Positions 10,899 through 25,800 of a DNA stretch of 64,000 nucleotides are shown one piece after another. A program made the position numbers and the translations under genes. The notes below the pieces were generated by a model, which was not told the origin of the DNA, searched no databases, and saw only the letters and a program-made list of their open reading frames with translations. Origin of the DNA: Phoronis australis (taxonomy: Eukaryota; Animalia; Phoronida); assembly GCA_002633005.1 (NCBI GenBank), contig NMRA01000455.1, positions 210,122 through 274,121 on the forward strand. Direction: 5' to 3'. How positions within the stretch are numbered: the first letter of the stretch is position 1; every line of letters begins with the position of its first letter.

Positions 10899-13800
10899 GT
10901 GAGTACCAATTTAAATGAAGCATTCATGAAGCACAGGGAGAGTCTCTGCCGGAGTAGGAAGTGTGAGACGCCTGGAAGAGGGGGAGGTACTCGTTACTAG
11001 CAGTTTGTCTGCTTCCTAAGGTTTTTGTGTGTGCTGTCTGTGATAACAATTTGGACTTTAAATTTAATTTTGATGTGTTCTTGCTTAAAAGTGACGATGT
11101 AGGAGTATATAATGCAATGGTGTTGTAGAGGTGCTTGCGGACCTTGCAGTGAATCATATGAGCCGCTGTTAACCTCTCACTTAAAGGCAATTGCCATTAG
11201 CTGAATGGTTAACATGCTTGCTGGTCACTGGTTCTATTCCCAGTTTGGGTAGTCAGGTAGTCTAGAGTTGCGAATACTACAATGGCATTGGTTAGTTAGT
11301 CACTTACTGGAAGTTACACTATACAGAGGTCCCGCAGTTTGAGAACCAGATTTCTCTACTGAATAATGGGCATGAACCTAGTTCTCAAACTCCAATACCA
11401 CTGCATAAATTGTGTAGGCCTAAGGATAAGATATACATAGTCGTTCTTGACAGTATACATTTTTGTGAGATTTGTGTTCTGAGGACCAGTCATCCTCTGC
11501 AAAATGCATTATTTTTATTCCCTGGGTTGTAATTCTACGCTTTCTATTTTGTTATGTTGCCATTCTATGGCTAGGTTGTGCGAACGATCCCCAGTATCAC
11601 GACAGCAGCGCCCTCTCTACTGCCTCCTGAGAGAGAAAACCAATTGTTATGGTTTCAGTTCCAGATGACAGCGTTTTTCATATTGAGACTAGTCCAGTTA
11701 TCAATCTAGTGCTTTCTTAAGCATTTTCATGCTTTTTAGGCCGGTATCACGACCAATTGTCTACCATGGTTCAAAGAGCTCATACTAAAAGTATGGGAGA
11801 GATTGCAAATACGAACATTTCCTTCTTACCAAATTTTTTGTTCTTGGATAGCACGTTTTCCGTTATGCAGAACTTGCTCTAGACATGACACTTGTAGTTG
11901 TTGACTATCTTTCTTCCTTTCCGTTTGTATCTATATAACAAAGTTCGAAATTCAACAGAACATTGGCAAAGTCGCTGACCAACAAGAGACATGTTCATAT
12001 GATGCATGGTAGTTCGAAACATGCTTGTTTCATTCTCAAGCGGAAATAAAATGACAGGGTAATACCACCACAGAGCAAAAGCTCAACATGCGCAGTGGGA
12101 CACGGGAGGTGAGAAATACAGCCTCGACCCCAAGCTTCAAGATGGCGCTGATCGGTGTAGCCATTTTACGCTTGGTTGGGAATTGCCTTCCGGGCAATGA
12201 TTGGCCGCTGCCTTGGCGTAGTTAAAACAAAGGTAGTTTTTAATTATTTTCATAGGTGTTGTTTCTGCCATTCATGAAATAGAAGGCATTGTTTCTGTTA
12301 TTGTCTGAAATAAAGATTGTTGGGGTACTTATTTACAATTATTTTATTAATAGTATCATAGAAATTAATCTGTTTTCAAATCAAAATACATCCCTTTTTC
12401 AACAGTTTTTACCGAAATTGCTGCAATATACCATTAGTTTTCATTTTTATGTAAAACTGCTGAAAATTTCAAAAATATATTAATACTCGTGATATTCCGG
12501 CGATTTCCGTATAAATATCTCAGCATTCTGACACATTTCATTTCCGATAACCAATCTCAAATGGCTAATCCGATCAGAATGACAAATGGAGGACGTAACA
12601 AGAAAGTCAAGCAAACAAGTGTAATGTATGGCGCGACATTGCCATGTATATGTGTTTATACAAGTGAAAACTCTAAACCAGGCCATTTAATTGTACAATA
12701 CAGTACAAGACAGAAGTAATCAGTCAAAATACCATTTCCTTGTCATGACAGCGGGTTCTGTTTATAGAAAAATTGATAAGTAATAACTATTTTGCTGGCA
12801 AAATTTTAATTACAGAATGTTTTAACCAACTCACTAACTTTCCTGTTAATTTCCGGTCATACTCAGTCATGAGGGAGGGCTACTCTGATGCCCAGCTGTC
12901 GTGACAGGGAATTGTGGGTCGTTTTTTCTGAATACTTTTGGCTTGTACTGTAGACGTCTCAAAAATCTGCACATTGAGTTTTACCCTTAAACTCGCATCT
13001 GCAAGTAAAAAAGTTTCACAATGAATCTATTTTATAAAAGTGGCCACCCCTTCATGAAATAACCCTTTGGCATGGTCAATCGTTACTTGTTTCTTCAGTT
13101 CGGTAAAAGTTTCCTCAAATCCGAACAAAAGTATCATTTTTCAAATGTACACTCTTTTGTCAAAAATTGTCAAAAAAATCACTGTGCATTTGTTGGTGAC
13201 AGCTGTATACTGTAACAATTTTTCAAGTAATCCAGTGATATTGTCGTCATTTTGCTCCTGTTGAAAATTTTGACAAAACAAAAATTTCATTGTTGTACCA
13301 TGATTGTGTTCTAGAAGAAACCTTACAGTAATTGTTGTCAAGGCAGGGAGATCTTTAGACTGGTTTTGTTATCCGTCGATGTTGTTAATCTCACATTTAG
13401 GCTGCTTCCTAAGTAACAGGAAATCTGCTTCGTAATCTTTCAAATGTCTGACAGATGAAATAATTGTGTTAAACCATGTTAGTCAGGAACAAGAATTGGG
13501 AGTCAAATCAGAATCAGATCTATACATGTGAGTCATTCTGTTCGTGTGTTTGAATCATATCACAACTTTGGTATCTGCTGGGGGTCATTCCTGAGGCAAG
13601 TGAAGTTCTGTCTCGTTAGAAAACAAGGAAGTTGAAGTCCTCCAATGTTTGATTCATTTTTTTATCTACTTTCATAACAACAACACTTAAATATTTCAGC
13701 AGTTAGTTAATATTGGTACATTAGGGTGGGGGGGAGGGTGCATCAAGGCATCACATACCGGTAGACTTAATTTGACGAGTGACCAAAAACTGGAACCGCT

Positions 13801-16800
13801 ATTGTTGCCATTGCTGGTCTTTATAGTCGCATAGTTCAAACTGTTTATTTGAACTTGTTTGAATTCAAGACTGTTCAGGCACAATACATACATTCAGTCT
13901 GCGAAGCGAAAAATTATAGAGATAAATGTACCAATCTTTTGGGGTTAATTAGCTACACGATGCATGATACTTTGAAAGATACCTATTCCATTGCCCTAAA
14001 TACTGTGACCTGTGCCTCTGCTGTATTTATCAAGGGACACTTTAAACCAGTGAATTATAGGTATTATCTTTGCTGATACATAGATGATGACCAATTGAAG
14101 CCACTGGTGCTTCTGTGAGTGATATTTTCTGCTGACAGTAATGAGTGCGATACATAGATTGAAAAATTGATTTATTAATGCATCTTCTTATTTGTAGAAA
14201 ACAAAAAGATCGTGTTATTATTTTTTTGCCTGTTGGGGTAGTAAAAGAAATATCCTGAGTTGCTATTGTGATCAACTCTAACCAGTCCTTCCCATTATCC
14301 ACCCCGAAATCTGAACCGAAGCGATTATGGTGCTGTATTGGTCTTCAACCTGAATCGCGAATGAAAGTTTGGGGATGGGGGTTGTGGGGGAGTGCTGTGG
14401 TCAGTGTTTTTTGTTAACAAAAAATTAAGTCTCAGTGAAATCGTAAATTATCTGTAATGAGGCACTAATTGCGATGAAAACTGTTTTGGAAAAATACGAC
14501 TGATGATTTGAAATTCGAGCTCGCTATTCATGTTTCAGATGTGAGTCTGCAAATTTGAACCTAATCATAATTTGAGCACTTGGACTGGGACTTTCATTGC
14601 GTGATGAGTCATGAAGCCTACCAGGCATTTTATGCAGTGGCATATCATGTTTTTGTGGTCCATTCATTGATCCCATTGATGTGAGTATTTCAAACAAAAA
14701 CATTGGAACTGTCAGCGTGATCAGGGGGATGGTAAGCGTCTTCTTCGTGAAAAACATTGTTTTTATCTAACTGGCTTTCTACAGCATTCTTCAGTAGGAT
14801 CTACTATTGTACATCTATGAAACTAAAGCCGCATTTACACCAGAGACAGCTGACACGGTGCAGTTAACACGCAACAGCTGAACGGGTAAAAGTGTTTGTG
14901 TAAACACGATTGATATGGAGCTAGTGACACTGTGGTGGCCAATTTTTGACACTGGTTTGATAAGTAGAGCGAGTTGTGCTTGATCAGTTGGTCCTGCAGT
15001 TTCAACAACAGGTCTAAACACAACTGTGTCTGGGCAGAAAGGGATCTATCAATGCCCTTGTGCAATAGCATACATTTGGGTGATGGGCTGGCATTCACAT
15101 GGTTTGGACGTTTGCTATTGTTTATGTGAGCATGCCAGACAGTCTTCATGCAAGTTACTCATGCTGATCCAGTTTGTGATCTTATGTCCTGTAAACACCA
15201 CTTAAGTGGAGCAAGTGATCTTATGTCCTGTAAACACCACTTAAGTGGAGCAAGTGGCACCCACCAAAGGCAGAAGGCACCCGTGACAACTGACACTGTC
15301 ACTGACACGGTGACAACTGTCTCTGGTGTAAAAGCTGAGCTAAATCCATGGTGAGAAGGACTGGTGGAAGGAGCAGTGCAGGGACATCTAGTGTTTGGTT
15401 TTAAGATAAGACAGCTGTGTCCTGCAGTTAGTGTGGTTGCTACTTTGAATTACTGCTACATCACATCCTTGGATAAATATTTGTCCTGGAAAGGTGTTGT
15501 TTGTTTAGATAGTCTCTTGACACATGGGCTTGAGCAGAGGTCAGGGGTCAAGATAAACTCTGAAATTAAATAGGGTACATGTAAAATGTAACTTATCTGG
15601 AACAGGCTAGCGATACCTGAACTTTTTATCACCCTATCCTTTTCGTAAAAGACAGCACTAAATCAATGCTTTACTAGTCTTAAGTGTTAGTGCATGTGTA
15701 GGCATCTGACAAGGTTTTGTTTAGGTATGGCCATGTACAATGAAGTTATGGTTCTTAGGAAAATGAAAAGCGATCGATTTTGGTAATTGTTTTTGTCTAA
15801 AATTCGCGAGAGCTTATCTTTGCACCCCACATTGATGGAATGGATCGTTTATGCATGACATACATTGGTATTTTGTAAAGCGCTCTTAAATGCGAGATTC
15901 CTTCATATCTCCCACTACACCGTAGTGGACCACTCTTCCATGAAAATCGTACTGTAGTTAATTAATTTGTGACGATTGTTTTGAGATTTTGACTTTGCTG
16001 TGTTTTTGAAGTTAACCCACTCCAAAGTATTCACCAAGGCATTGACAGTGGTCTTATTCAATGCCCGGTTTTGCACTTTTTATTGGTTTAGATGTGATGA
16101 AACCATTGATTTTTGAATGACCCGTGACAATCATGTTAAATGGTCATTCCGAGATGTTTTTTGTCATTTCCCTTTCTTAAAATATTCTGCTCAGTTATTT
16201 ATTTTGAGAAAGAAATAACCTTTTGCCTTTCAACTGTAGTTTTGCATATGCAAATTTTTCTCGTAACATTGAAGTTGCTGGATCCAGGTTTGGTGAATAA
16301 AATTTGTTCTTGTTACTCTTTGAAATGAATCATGATCTTTAATCAGGTGCAAAAAAACGCAGAAGCCACATATCCTATTCTGTAACAGTAAACAGGGAAC
16401 TTGATTCAGTCAGTGTTCCCAGCCAAAGGTTGTGGTTGTAAGATTCCTATCTTCGTTTGAAAGTTTAGTTTCTTGTTTATCAATCAAACTTTGTGAAAAC
16501 TCGTTTTTAATCTTTTCCAGTTTCAATTTCAAACATTTCAAAACCAATTGAAAATGAAAAAACAGTAACTTTGGGACAGTGCCAGAATTTGGGAATCAAA
16601 AATTCCCCCAGAAATGAAATTTCTTTGTATTGGAAATTTGGAATGTGGGACGAGATTGAATTTGGCGCTCTTCATATTTCTTGAATTTGGGACTATGTGT
16701 TTTTAGTGGATAAGTTTTGATTCTTGAATTTGGGTGGCTAATATTNTTGGACTGGGACTTTCATTGCGTGATGAGTCATGAAGCCTACCAGGCATTTTAT

Positions 16801-19800
16801 GCAGTGGCATATCACGTTTTTGTGGTCCGTTCATTGATCCGAGTGATGAGAGTATTTCAAACAAAAACGTTGGAACTGTCAGCGTGATTAGGGGGATGGT
16901 AAGCATCTTCTTCTTGAAAAACATTGTTTTTTATCAAACTGGCTTTCTACAGCATTCTTCAGTAGGATCTACTATTGTATATCTATGAAACTGAAGCGGC
17001 ATTTACACGAGAGACAGCTGACACGGTGCAGTTAACACGCAACAGCTGAACGGGTAAAAGTGTGTGTGTAAACACGATTGATATGGAGCTGGTGACACTG
17101 CGGTGGCCAATTTTTGACACTGGTTTGATAGGTAGAGCGAGTTGTGTTTGATCAGTCGTTCATGCAATTTCAACTACAGGTCTAAACACAACTGTGTCTG
17201 GGTGGAAAGGGATCTTCTGTCAATGGGCTTGTGCAGTAGCTTACATTTGGGTGATGGGCTGGCATTCACATGGTTTGGACATTTGCTATTTGTTTATGTG
17301 AACATGCCAGACAGTCTTCATGCAAGTTACTCATGCTGATCCAGTTTGTGATCTTATGTCCTGTAAACACCACTTAAGTGGAGCAAGTGGCACCCACCCA
17401 AGGCAGAAGGCACCCGTGACAACTGACACTGTCGCTGACACGGTGACAACTGTCTGTGGTGTAAAAGCTGAGCTAAATCCATGGTGAGAAGGCCTGGTGG
17501 GAGGAGCAGTGCAGGGACATCTAGTGTTTGGTTTTAAGATAAGACAGCTGTGTCCTGCAGTTAGTGTGGTTGCTACTTTGAATTACTGCTACATCACATC
17601 CTTGGATAAATATTTGTCCTGGAAAGGTGTTGCTTGTTTAGATAGTCTCTTGATACATGGGCTTGAGCAGAGGTCAGGGGTCAAGATAAACTCTGAAACT
17701 AAATGTAACTTATCTGGAACATGCTAGCTATACCTGAACTTTTTATCACCCTATCCTTTTCGTAAAAGACAGCACTAAATCAATGCTTTGCTAGTCTTAA
17801 GTGTTAGTGCATGTGTAGGCATCTGACAATGTTTTGTTTAGGTATGGCCATGTACAATGAAGTTATGATTCTTAGGAAAATGAAAAGCGATCGATTTTGG
17901 TAATTGTTTTTGTCTAAAATTCGCGAGAGCTTATCTTTGCACCCCACATTGATGGAATGGATCGTTTATGCATGACATACATTGGTATTTTGTAAAGCGC
18001 TCTTAAATGCGAGATTCCTTCATATCTCCCACTACACCGTAGTGGACCACTCTTCCATGAAAATCGTACTGTAGTTAATTAATTTGTGACGATTGTTTTG
18101 AGATTTTGACTTTGCTGTGTTTTTGAAGTTAACCCACTCCAAAGTATTCACCAAGGCATTGACAGTGGTCTTATTCAATGCCCGGTTTTGCACTTTTTAT
18201 TGGTTTAGATGTGATGAAACCATTGATTTTTGAATGACCCGTGACAATCATGTTAAATGGTCATTCCGAGATGTTTTTTGTCATTTCCCTTTCTTAAAAT
18301 ATTCTGCTCAGTTATTTATTTTGAGAAAGAAATAACCTTTTGCCTTTCAACTGTAGTTTTGCATATGCAAATTTTTCTCGTAACATTGAAGTTGCTGGAT
18401 CCAGGTTTGGTGAATAAAATTTGTTCTTGTTACTCTTTGAAATGAATCATGATCTTTAATCAGGTGCAAAAAAACGCAGAAGCCACATATCCTATTCTGT
18501 AACAGTAAACAGGGAACTTGATTCAGTCAGTGTTCCCAGCCAAAGGTTGTGGTTGTAAGATTCCTATCTTCGTTTGAAAGTTTAGTTTCTTGTTTATCAA
18601 TCAAACTTTGTGAAAACTCGTTTTTAATCTTTTCCAGTTTCAATTTCAAACATTTCAAAACCAATTGAAAATGAAAAAACAGTAACTTTGGGACAGTGCC
18701 AGAATTTGGGAATCAAAAATTCCCCCAGAAATGAAATTTCTTTGTATTGGAAATTTGGAATGTGGGACGAGATTGAATTTGGCGCTCTTCATATTTCTTG
18801 AATTTGGGACTATGTGTTTTTAGTGGATAAGTTTTGATTCTTGAATTTGGGTGGCTAATATTGCCTATTTCTAGAATTAGGGACTTGATCCGTCCTTGAG
18901 CAAAATAATTAATTTTCTCTGTCCCAAATTGGAGAATTTTTTCCGTACTTGTCTTGAGATACATTTTCCATGTTACTGTTCTCCGTTGGTATATTTTCTA
19001 TGAATGGACAATGGAAAGTGACACAAGTGCAAAAGACTGGCATCTTTGTTCTGCATTCACTTCCATTGAGCAATGTGTTACTCACTATTGAACACAGTCC
19101 TCGTCAGTCATTCCTGTTTGCTCCATGGAAGTGAATGCAGAATCAAGATGCACCTGCCTTTTTCATTTATCTCACCGTCTATTGTTCAATGGATAGTGAA
19201 TGTAAGTCCATGGAACAATGTTTTACACCGATAAAACCAAAATAATGCAGTCTATACATGGACTAATGACCAGTTGTTTAGGATAATTAGCTTTATAATT
19301 AGAGCCTATTTAAAACATCCTTAAATTTACGTTTTAATGTTCAACAGCCTCAGGGATCTACATATCTGTTGAAGCTACCATAAACCATATCAGTTACTTT
19401 CCTCTTCGATACTTGCATTGGTATGTTTTTACCACTTCCCATTTTACACTGTTCAGTGTTGCTGTTCATTGTCACGACATTGTTCATGTTTAGGGCCTTG
19501 TCCATGGATCTATTTTCCCAGTCTCCCCACCATCAAGGGTGAGTCATGCTTGCTGCTGCTGCTGTGATATTTTTATTGATCTATGTGGCCTGTGATGGTG
19601 GCTGACTCATCTGCTCTAGTTGTGTCTGCAGTTAATTGTTTACAAAATATTGTAATCAGGCTGCTTGGGTAAACTATGGAATTGGCTGTGTCTGGTTGTG
19701 TTCTTGAACTTGGTGATGAATTATCAGCACCTGATGAATGTTGAGGTTATGAAGGACATTGTATGCATTTGTCAGGTGCCCCTATTTTGAGAACCAGTTT

Positions 19801-22800
19801 GATGCCCATTATTCAGTGGAGAAAACTGGTTCTCAAAATTCCGGCACCTTGTATCCAACCATTACCAGTCTGTATTTAGCCAAATGTATATACAAAACTA
19901 TAGGTTTGAACTCAGTGAATGTAAATATTTTCTGAAAATAGAATGCCCGCTGAATGTGGTTCTTACTTTATACTAATCTGACATTAATCGGTCATTTGAC
20001 GGTCTTTTTAGTAAAATTTTACGAATAAGAGAATGACCAAATTTCATTTGATACAAATGTTCTAGATGAAATCTAAGATACAGTTTTCTAAATTATCATT
20101 TTGTTTTCATTTCATGCAACTTATGTTTTTTTCCATCAACATAATTGAATTGGTGAAATTCTATTTTTGAAAGCTTCTCGTGCGAAAAAGGAACCTTTAA
20201 AACAATTCCTAGCATCGCTTTGGCAAACAGTGCATAAAGTATAGTTTCAGAAGGTTCCACATGAATGTGATCGACTGCGTCTGAGTTGCTTTTTGTGGTT
20301 CTAAAGTCCAAATGATTCAGTGATTGTGAACATTTTCTGGGAAGTGTGCATGAGAGTTTAAATGGTATAAATTTACTTGAAGTCTAAACTCACTTCAGAC
20401 AAAAGAAATGACATGTGGATGGTCGTTCTTTTGGATTTTTCTTTCATTAGAGCTGAGATACCTTTAAGGTACCTGCTCTCCAAGTGGGGGTCACTGTACT
20501 GATTTTGTTCAGTTGCAGTTTTAGTTTTTGAAACTGGACTGAAGATTTTTTTGATGGCACAAGGAACATCGTGTTGGTTTCCGTTGATCAAGCAATGAGA
20601 AGCAAGATTTAAACCCGAGTCGGTCAATAGTGTCTGTTTTAGGTGTACTGTACATGTGGCATTTTGTTGGACTGCACGTGTGCAAAATTTGCGTTTTTGA
20701 ATGCGGGTATGGTTATTCTTGGCTTATTTTACACAGAAATAATTCCCAAAATTGTCTTTTTCAAAGGCTGATTGCTTTACTGGAAATATGGGAAATTTAC
20801 CAAAAGTAGTTTCATGGCATTTATGCAGTACAAACCATGCTAGCAACAGACTGAAATTTTCTTAATCTTAGCTTTTTTATAGAAATTGGAAAAAAATAAA
20901 ATTTGAGTTGTAGACCATATTGTGTTCGTTGCCGAAGTTGAAACAGTGGCAGCAGACGACTGGGAAATGGTCATGTAGTGTTTCTGTAGTAAACATTCAA
21001 GTAAAGGTCCAGGCAGTACGCTTGAATTGGCGAGCCTGAAAATAGGTTTCGTATTTAGCCCAAGTTATCGTAGCACAGCATTCAGGGAATTAGAAACTCA
21101 TTAGACATTAAGTTTTGTCGTTAACGAGTTATCAAGTGCAATAGGAATACTCTTCTTAATTACTGGTGAGTCACAAAACATATCCATCGCTGATCAGTGG
21201 CATATATCGCATTTGCACAGTTGGGCGATTTTCTTATTGAGGTTCTTTAAGCAGTTTACATCAGATACTTCCTGGATTTCAGACTTCTCTTCCAGCGTCC
21301 ACCATCTGCATGATTCACAAGTGTTTGTGGTGGCAAAGTTCCCAACTAAGCAACTTAAAGTGACAATAAACCTGTAGTGTATTGGATAAACTAATTTTGA
21401 TTTAGATCACTTACTGATAAAAAACAAGTAATAAGTGATGTTGTCAGTTGGCTGCAGGTCGCTTTCACTGTTAGTCTTTCCTTCCTGTCACCTGGTTGTC
21501 AGAGCGATGGTTTTAAAGTTCAATTTTTTTTTGCTCCTCAATGTACGGAGTCATGAGCTGTGTGTAGTACTTTGGCCACCACCAGCTATTACGCACCCAA
21601 AATTGCTTAACAGCACCTTGCTCTTAATTTGCACCTGGTGACGATGGAGGTCTTTTCACTTTCTGTTAATTCTGCACAACACAGGCACTTGAAAAAGGTC
21701 TGGCTTGTAAAATATTGTGTAAAATTCATCAGTGATTATGGTTTGCAAAATGTATTGATTGCCTGATATGAGAGTCTGAATCTACTCACTGGGTGACATT
21801 CCACAGCCATCCAGTTTGCACCAGGGTAGCTCTCTGCCTATTTAGATCACAATGCTAGGGAGTGGAATTTTACTTTGTTGAACAAGAATAAACATTAGTG
21901 TGGTTAATTTCATTGCTTGCATGATTTGTGGTGACCATGACCATAAGCACCACAAACCTCACTTGCTAAATATTCTGATGTTGATTGTCTATTATTAAAT
22001 CGGAACTGAACTATGTCATGAGGTTCATCTGAGACTGGGAATTTGACATGATGATCAAAGTTCAGAGTTCAAAGTTTATTTGTAGTGGGAGCTGATTTAG
22101 GCAAATGAAATGTCAAGTTGGCCAAATTTGTTTAGGTGCTATGGGGCTTCCATTTTTCATGGTGGGATTTCATTGTTTCAGATAGTAACTGACTTTGTGT
22201 TGGCAGCATCTGAACAACAGAAAATTCTAACTTGACTGGTGGCCAGAAATTAAAAATTCTTGTAATTGTTTGAATCAAAAATCTATTTCCATACTCTAGG
22301 AAGTCTGTGTGTTAAGTCTTGGAATAAATTCATTGAACAGGTGCATCCAAAATGTCTCCCAGTAATTAAATCACGTTAAGTCTAGGTTTTCAAACTCTTG
22401 GCAAGCTTGAGTAAGCCAAATTCATCACGACAAAATCCAAACTCGACTTGACGATGAGTCAGAGCAGGTTGTATGCAACATTCAAATACTCAAATACTGG
22501 TACCCTTACAGTTGTACTATCTGCTGGAAACCAAGATAATTATCAACCTGAAGTATTGTCCACTTCAAGAATTTCCCAAGTACAAGCTAGCCTTTGGAAT
22601 GAGTTTAATTGTCACTAGGTTTAAAACCATAGCCGTGTGGACGATATTTGTCCTGGAACAACTTGACAGACGTGTGAGAACTTACTCCGCCTTGTTCAAG
22701 AGTACAAGTCCAAATGTGGAATCAAACCTGCAGACAAAGTGGAATTAATTACCAGCAGTTGCACAACTAGGGGCATCTAAATGTTGATGGTGCAGGGTGC

Positions 22801-25800
22801 GTAGTGTTGGACACTTGGTTGAATGGGGAGGGGCACATTTCTCTTGGGTAAGTTGCTCTAGGATAACTTGTGTTGACGCCATCTGTTGGCTGTCTTGGTT
22901 TCAGGCCAAAGTATCTAAAACAAAGAATAACATTAACTAACAGTATAATCAACATCATATATGCAAGCAACGTAAGTAGATGAAAACATTTTGTTTTAAC
23001 TCAAGACTTTGTCGGTGATTCTAACAAAGCACATCGGCAATAGTTGGATAAAACATGCTCGCATTTTGAGAACCAGTTTAATGCCCGTTATTCAGTGGAG
23101 AAAACTGGTTCTCAAAATGCAGGCATGTTAAATCTCAAGTCAACTATTAGCAAACATAACAGTAAAGCAAACAATACAAACAACCAATCACATTGCTTGC
23201 TTTACCCTGATGTTTCCACTGATGATGTTTTTACTGTAAACTCGCAGGTTAATGCCCATGCCATAGTAATCGCCCATCCCCGACTTTCACCAATTTTTGA
23301 TTCAAGTGCCCACTGCTCCGGGAATCACCCACGGCCCACCCCGTCTTAGATTTTCCCATTTTAAGCGCCTAGGACTTTAGCCCGTGAGTTTACGTTAAGT
23401 TAGAACCAAACATTTGGACTTATGTATTTTTTGTTATGTGTCATTGATTATTTGCTATTCTGTTTGCTGCCATATTTTAAAACCCAAGGCGTTAGCTGAT
23501 AGAAGTGGAATAGATCTTGCCAGGGATTTTTGTGGACGTCAGTGTACAAATAATGAGAATTTAACCAGTCAGCAGACTTTTTGTTCTTTGACTAGTTGTC
23601 GGCTAGTACAATTACTCATTAGGAGTCGGCTATTGATTTCTGCTTGTACTGTCTTGATAAGTGAACATTTACATAGAATTAATGGCAACTAGACTTTAGA
23701 GAGTATTCACCTGGAACCAGCAGCACCGCGCTCCTGTGGACATTTTATAACCATATACGTTGAAGATAATGCTTAAATTGAAAAAAAATGAGGAGTGAAC
23801 AGGTGTGCTTAATTTTTTTATTGTGTTGGAGCTTTGGATTTCATTGACATTGCAAGTGGCCTGTTGTTGACGATAACAAAAATTAGGCCTCAGGGTAGGG
23901 GAAGGCTTTAACTTTGCGACACATCTTTTTTCGTTGTTAACTGATTGTTGAAACAAATGCTATAAAGACACTGGGCATATTTCCTGATTTCAAGCAGTGT
24001 TCACAAAGCGGGAGTAGAACATATTGCAACTAAATTTGATGGTGTTTTTAAGAGAAGAGATGGCATTCCCCAGCTAGGATGTTGATGTTGTGATTAAAAA
24101 CAACATTTTATCAGCAGTCTATCCTGGTATACTTGGAAGTTTTTAGTGCCATAAAATAGTTCCTCAAGAGTCCTTGTGCACTGATAAAACACAGATAATT
24201 AGGTTTAAAAGTACTTGTTTATGCAAGCTGTTTCTGATTGGCTATTGACCTGTGTATGACAGAAGTCTCAGCTGGCCTTGTTTGTTGAACTAATCTTTAT
24301 TTGTTGTTTCTACTATTGGTATAGATATAAACAAATGACTTTGATGTGCATGCCATATCAGGTTTTAGAATTGATTTGTGGGAGATAGTGTTGCTTTTTT
24401 CTCTGGCTTGCCTATAGTATGGTGAATTCCTGGATTGGAGACTTTGGCCGGAATTTGCACTCCTTTTGATCTCAGATGAACAATTACTTAATGCAAATAC
24501 TTCCGCAGTTTTATATTTTTAATTTCCCGACATTTTCATGGGCATGACGTCACAAGTAAATGGAAAATCATTAATATTTGTTCAAATTATGGCATTTCTA
24601 TCATACCCAGCTAACCCAGGTACAGCATTAAGTGCCATCCACACACATACTTACTCTAGAACAAGTTACCTCTGCATCAAGTTGTCGCTAGGTGTGAGTG
24701 CTGTTTGGACTCTGTTTAACATTGTTGCACTACTTACCCCACTTGTGACGACTTCACGTTATTGGGGTGGGGTAACTTGTTCTAGGATAACTTGCGCCAC
24801 TTGTAATCGATCTGTAGCCGCAAAAGTGGGGCAGGGAGAAAGTAATTATCAGGTGCAGTTTATCCAGGCCTTTATCCAGGATTTCAAAAAAGGGTGTCCA
24901 AAATGGGGTTCCCAATATTCCAAGGCGTCCATGATTCCGACGCGTAACCCCCACCCCCAGAAATGCCCCCAAACACAGATTTTTTTACAAAAAATGCATA
25001 GACCAAGGTTTTTACATCTAAGTTTACAAGTTTACAAAACAGCCTTCTGTAGTGAGCGTTTTTACTAAAAAAAACTGTAGACCCAGGCATTTACAATGCT
25101 ATCAATCAAGTGTGAGTGTAGCAACATTGTATATACATTGTATATTTCTTCCTGCTTTGAAAAAAAAGAGTCCCCACTGTGAGCCTTCAGAGGCTTCCTN
25201 GATTCCGACGCGTAACCCCCACCCCCAGAAATGCCCCCAAACAGATTTTTTTACAAAAAATGCATAGACCAAGGTTTTTACATCTAAGTTTACAAGTTTA
25301 CAAAACAGCCTTCTGTAGTGAGCGTTTTTACTAAAAAAACTGTAAACCCAGACATTTACAATGCTATCAATCAAGTGTGAGTGTAGCAACATTGTATATT
25401 CATTGTATAAACATTGTATATTTCTTCCTGCTTTGAAAAAAAAGAGTCCCCACTGTGAGCCTTCAGAGGCTTCCTAGTATTCATTACAATGTGTGAGTCC
25501 AAACATGAAAGGTTCCTATTGACAGTGGGTGTCCAAATGATACATTGGGCTTCCTTGCCAGGGCCTCCAGATTAATGCCCAGGACATAGGCTGCATAAAC
25601 GCCTGCGATTACATTATAGACAGGTTTTCTTTTGCACAGGGTATGTGCTTTTGGTGTTCATTGTCATGCATAGAGCAACAACTTCTGCCTTACTCTAGTT
25701 ATCCAACGTGTGTGTGGATGCTCTACTTAAAAGTTGCAAGCGCACGTTCTAGGATAGGCGGTGTGTGGATGGTACTTTAGTCTGTCGAGAAATCCACGCT

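Noticed and set aside
24538-25068. 176-aa ORF
   Set aside because: Spans nested MITE sequence; no domain or splice support
24933-25475. Tandem duplication
   Set aside because: Centred exactly on a single N; contig-overlap artefact
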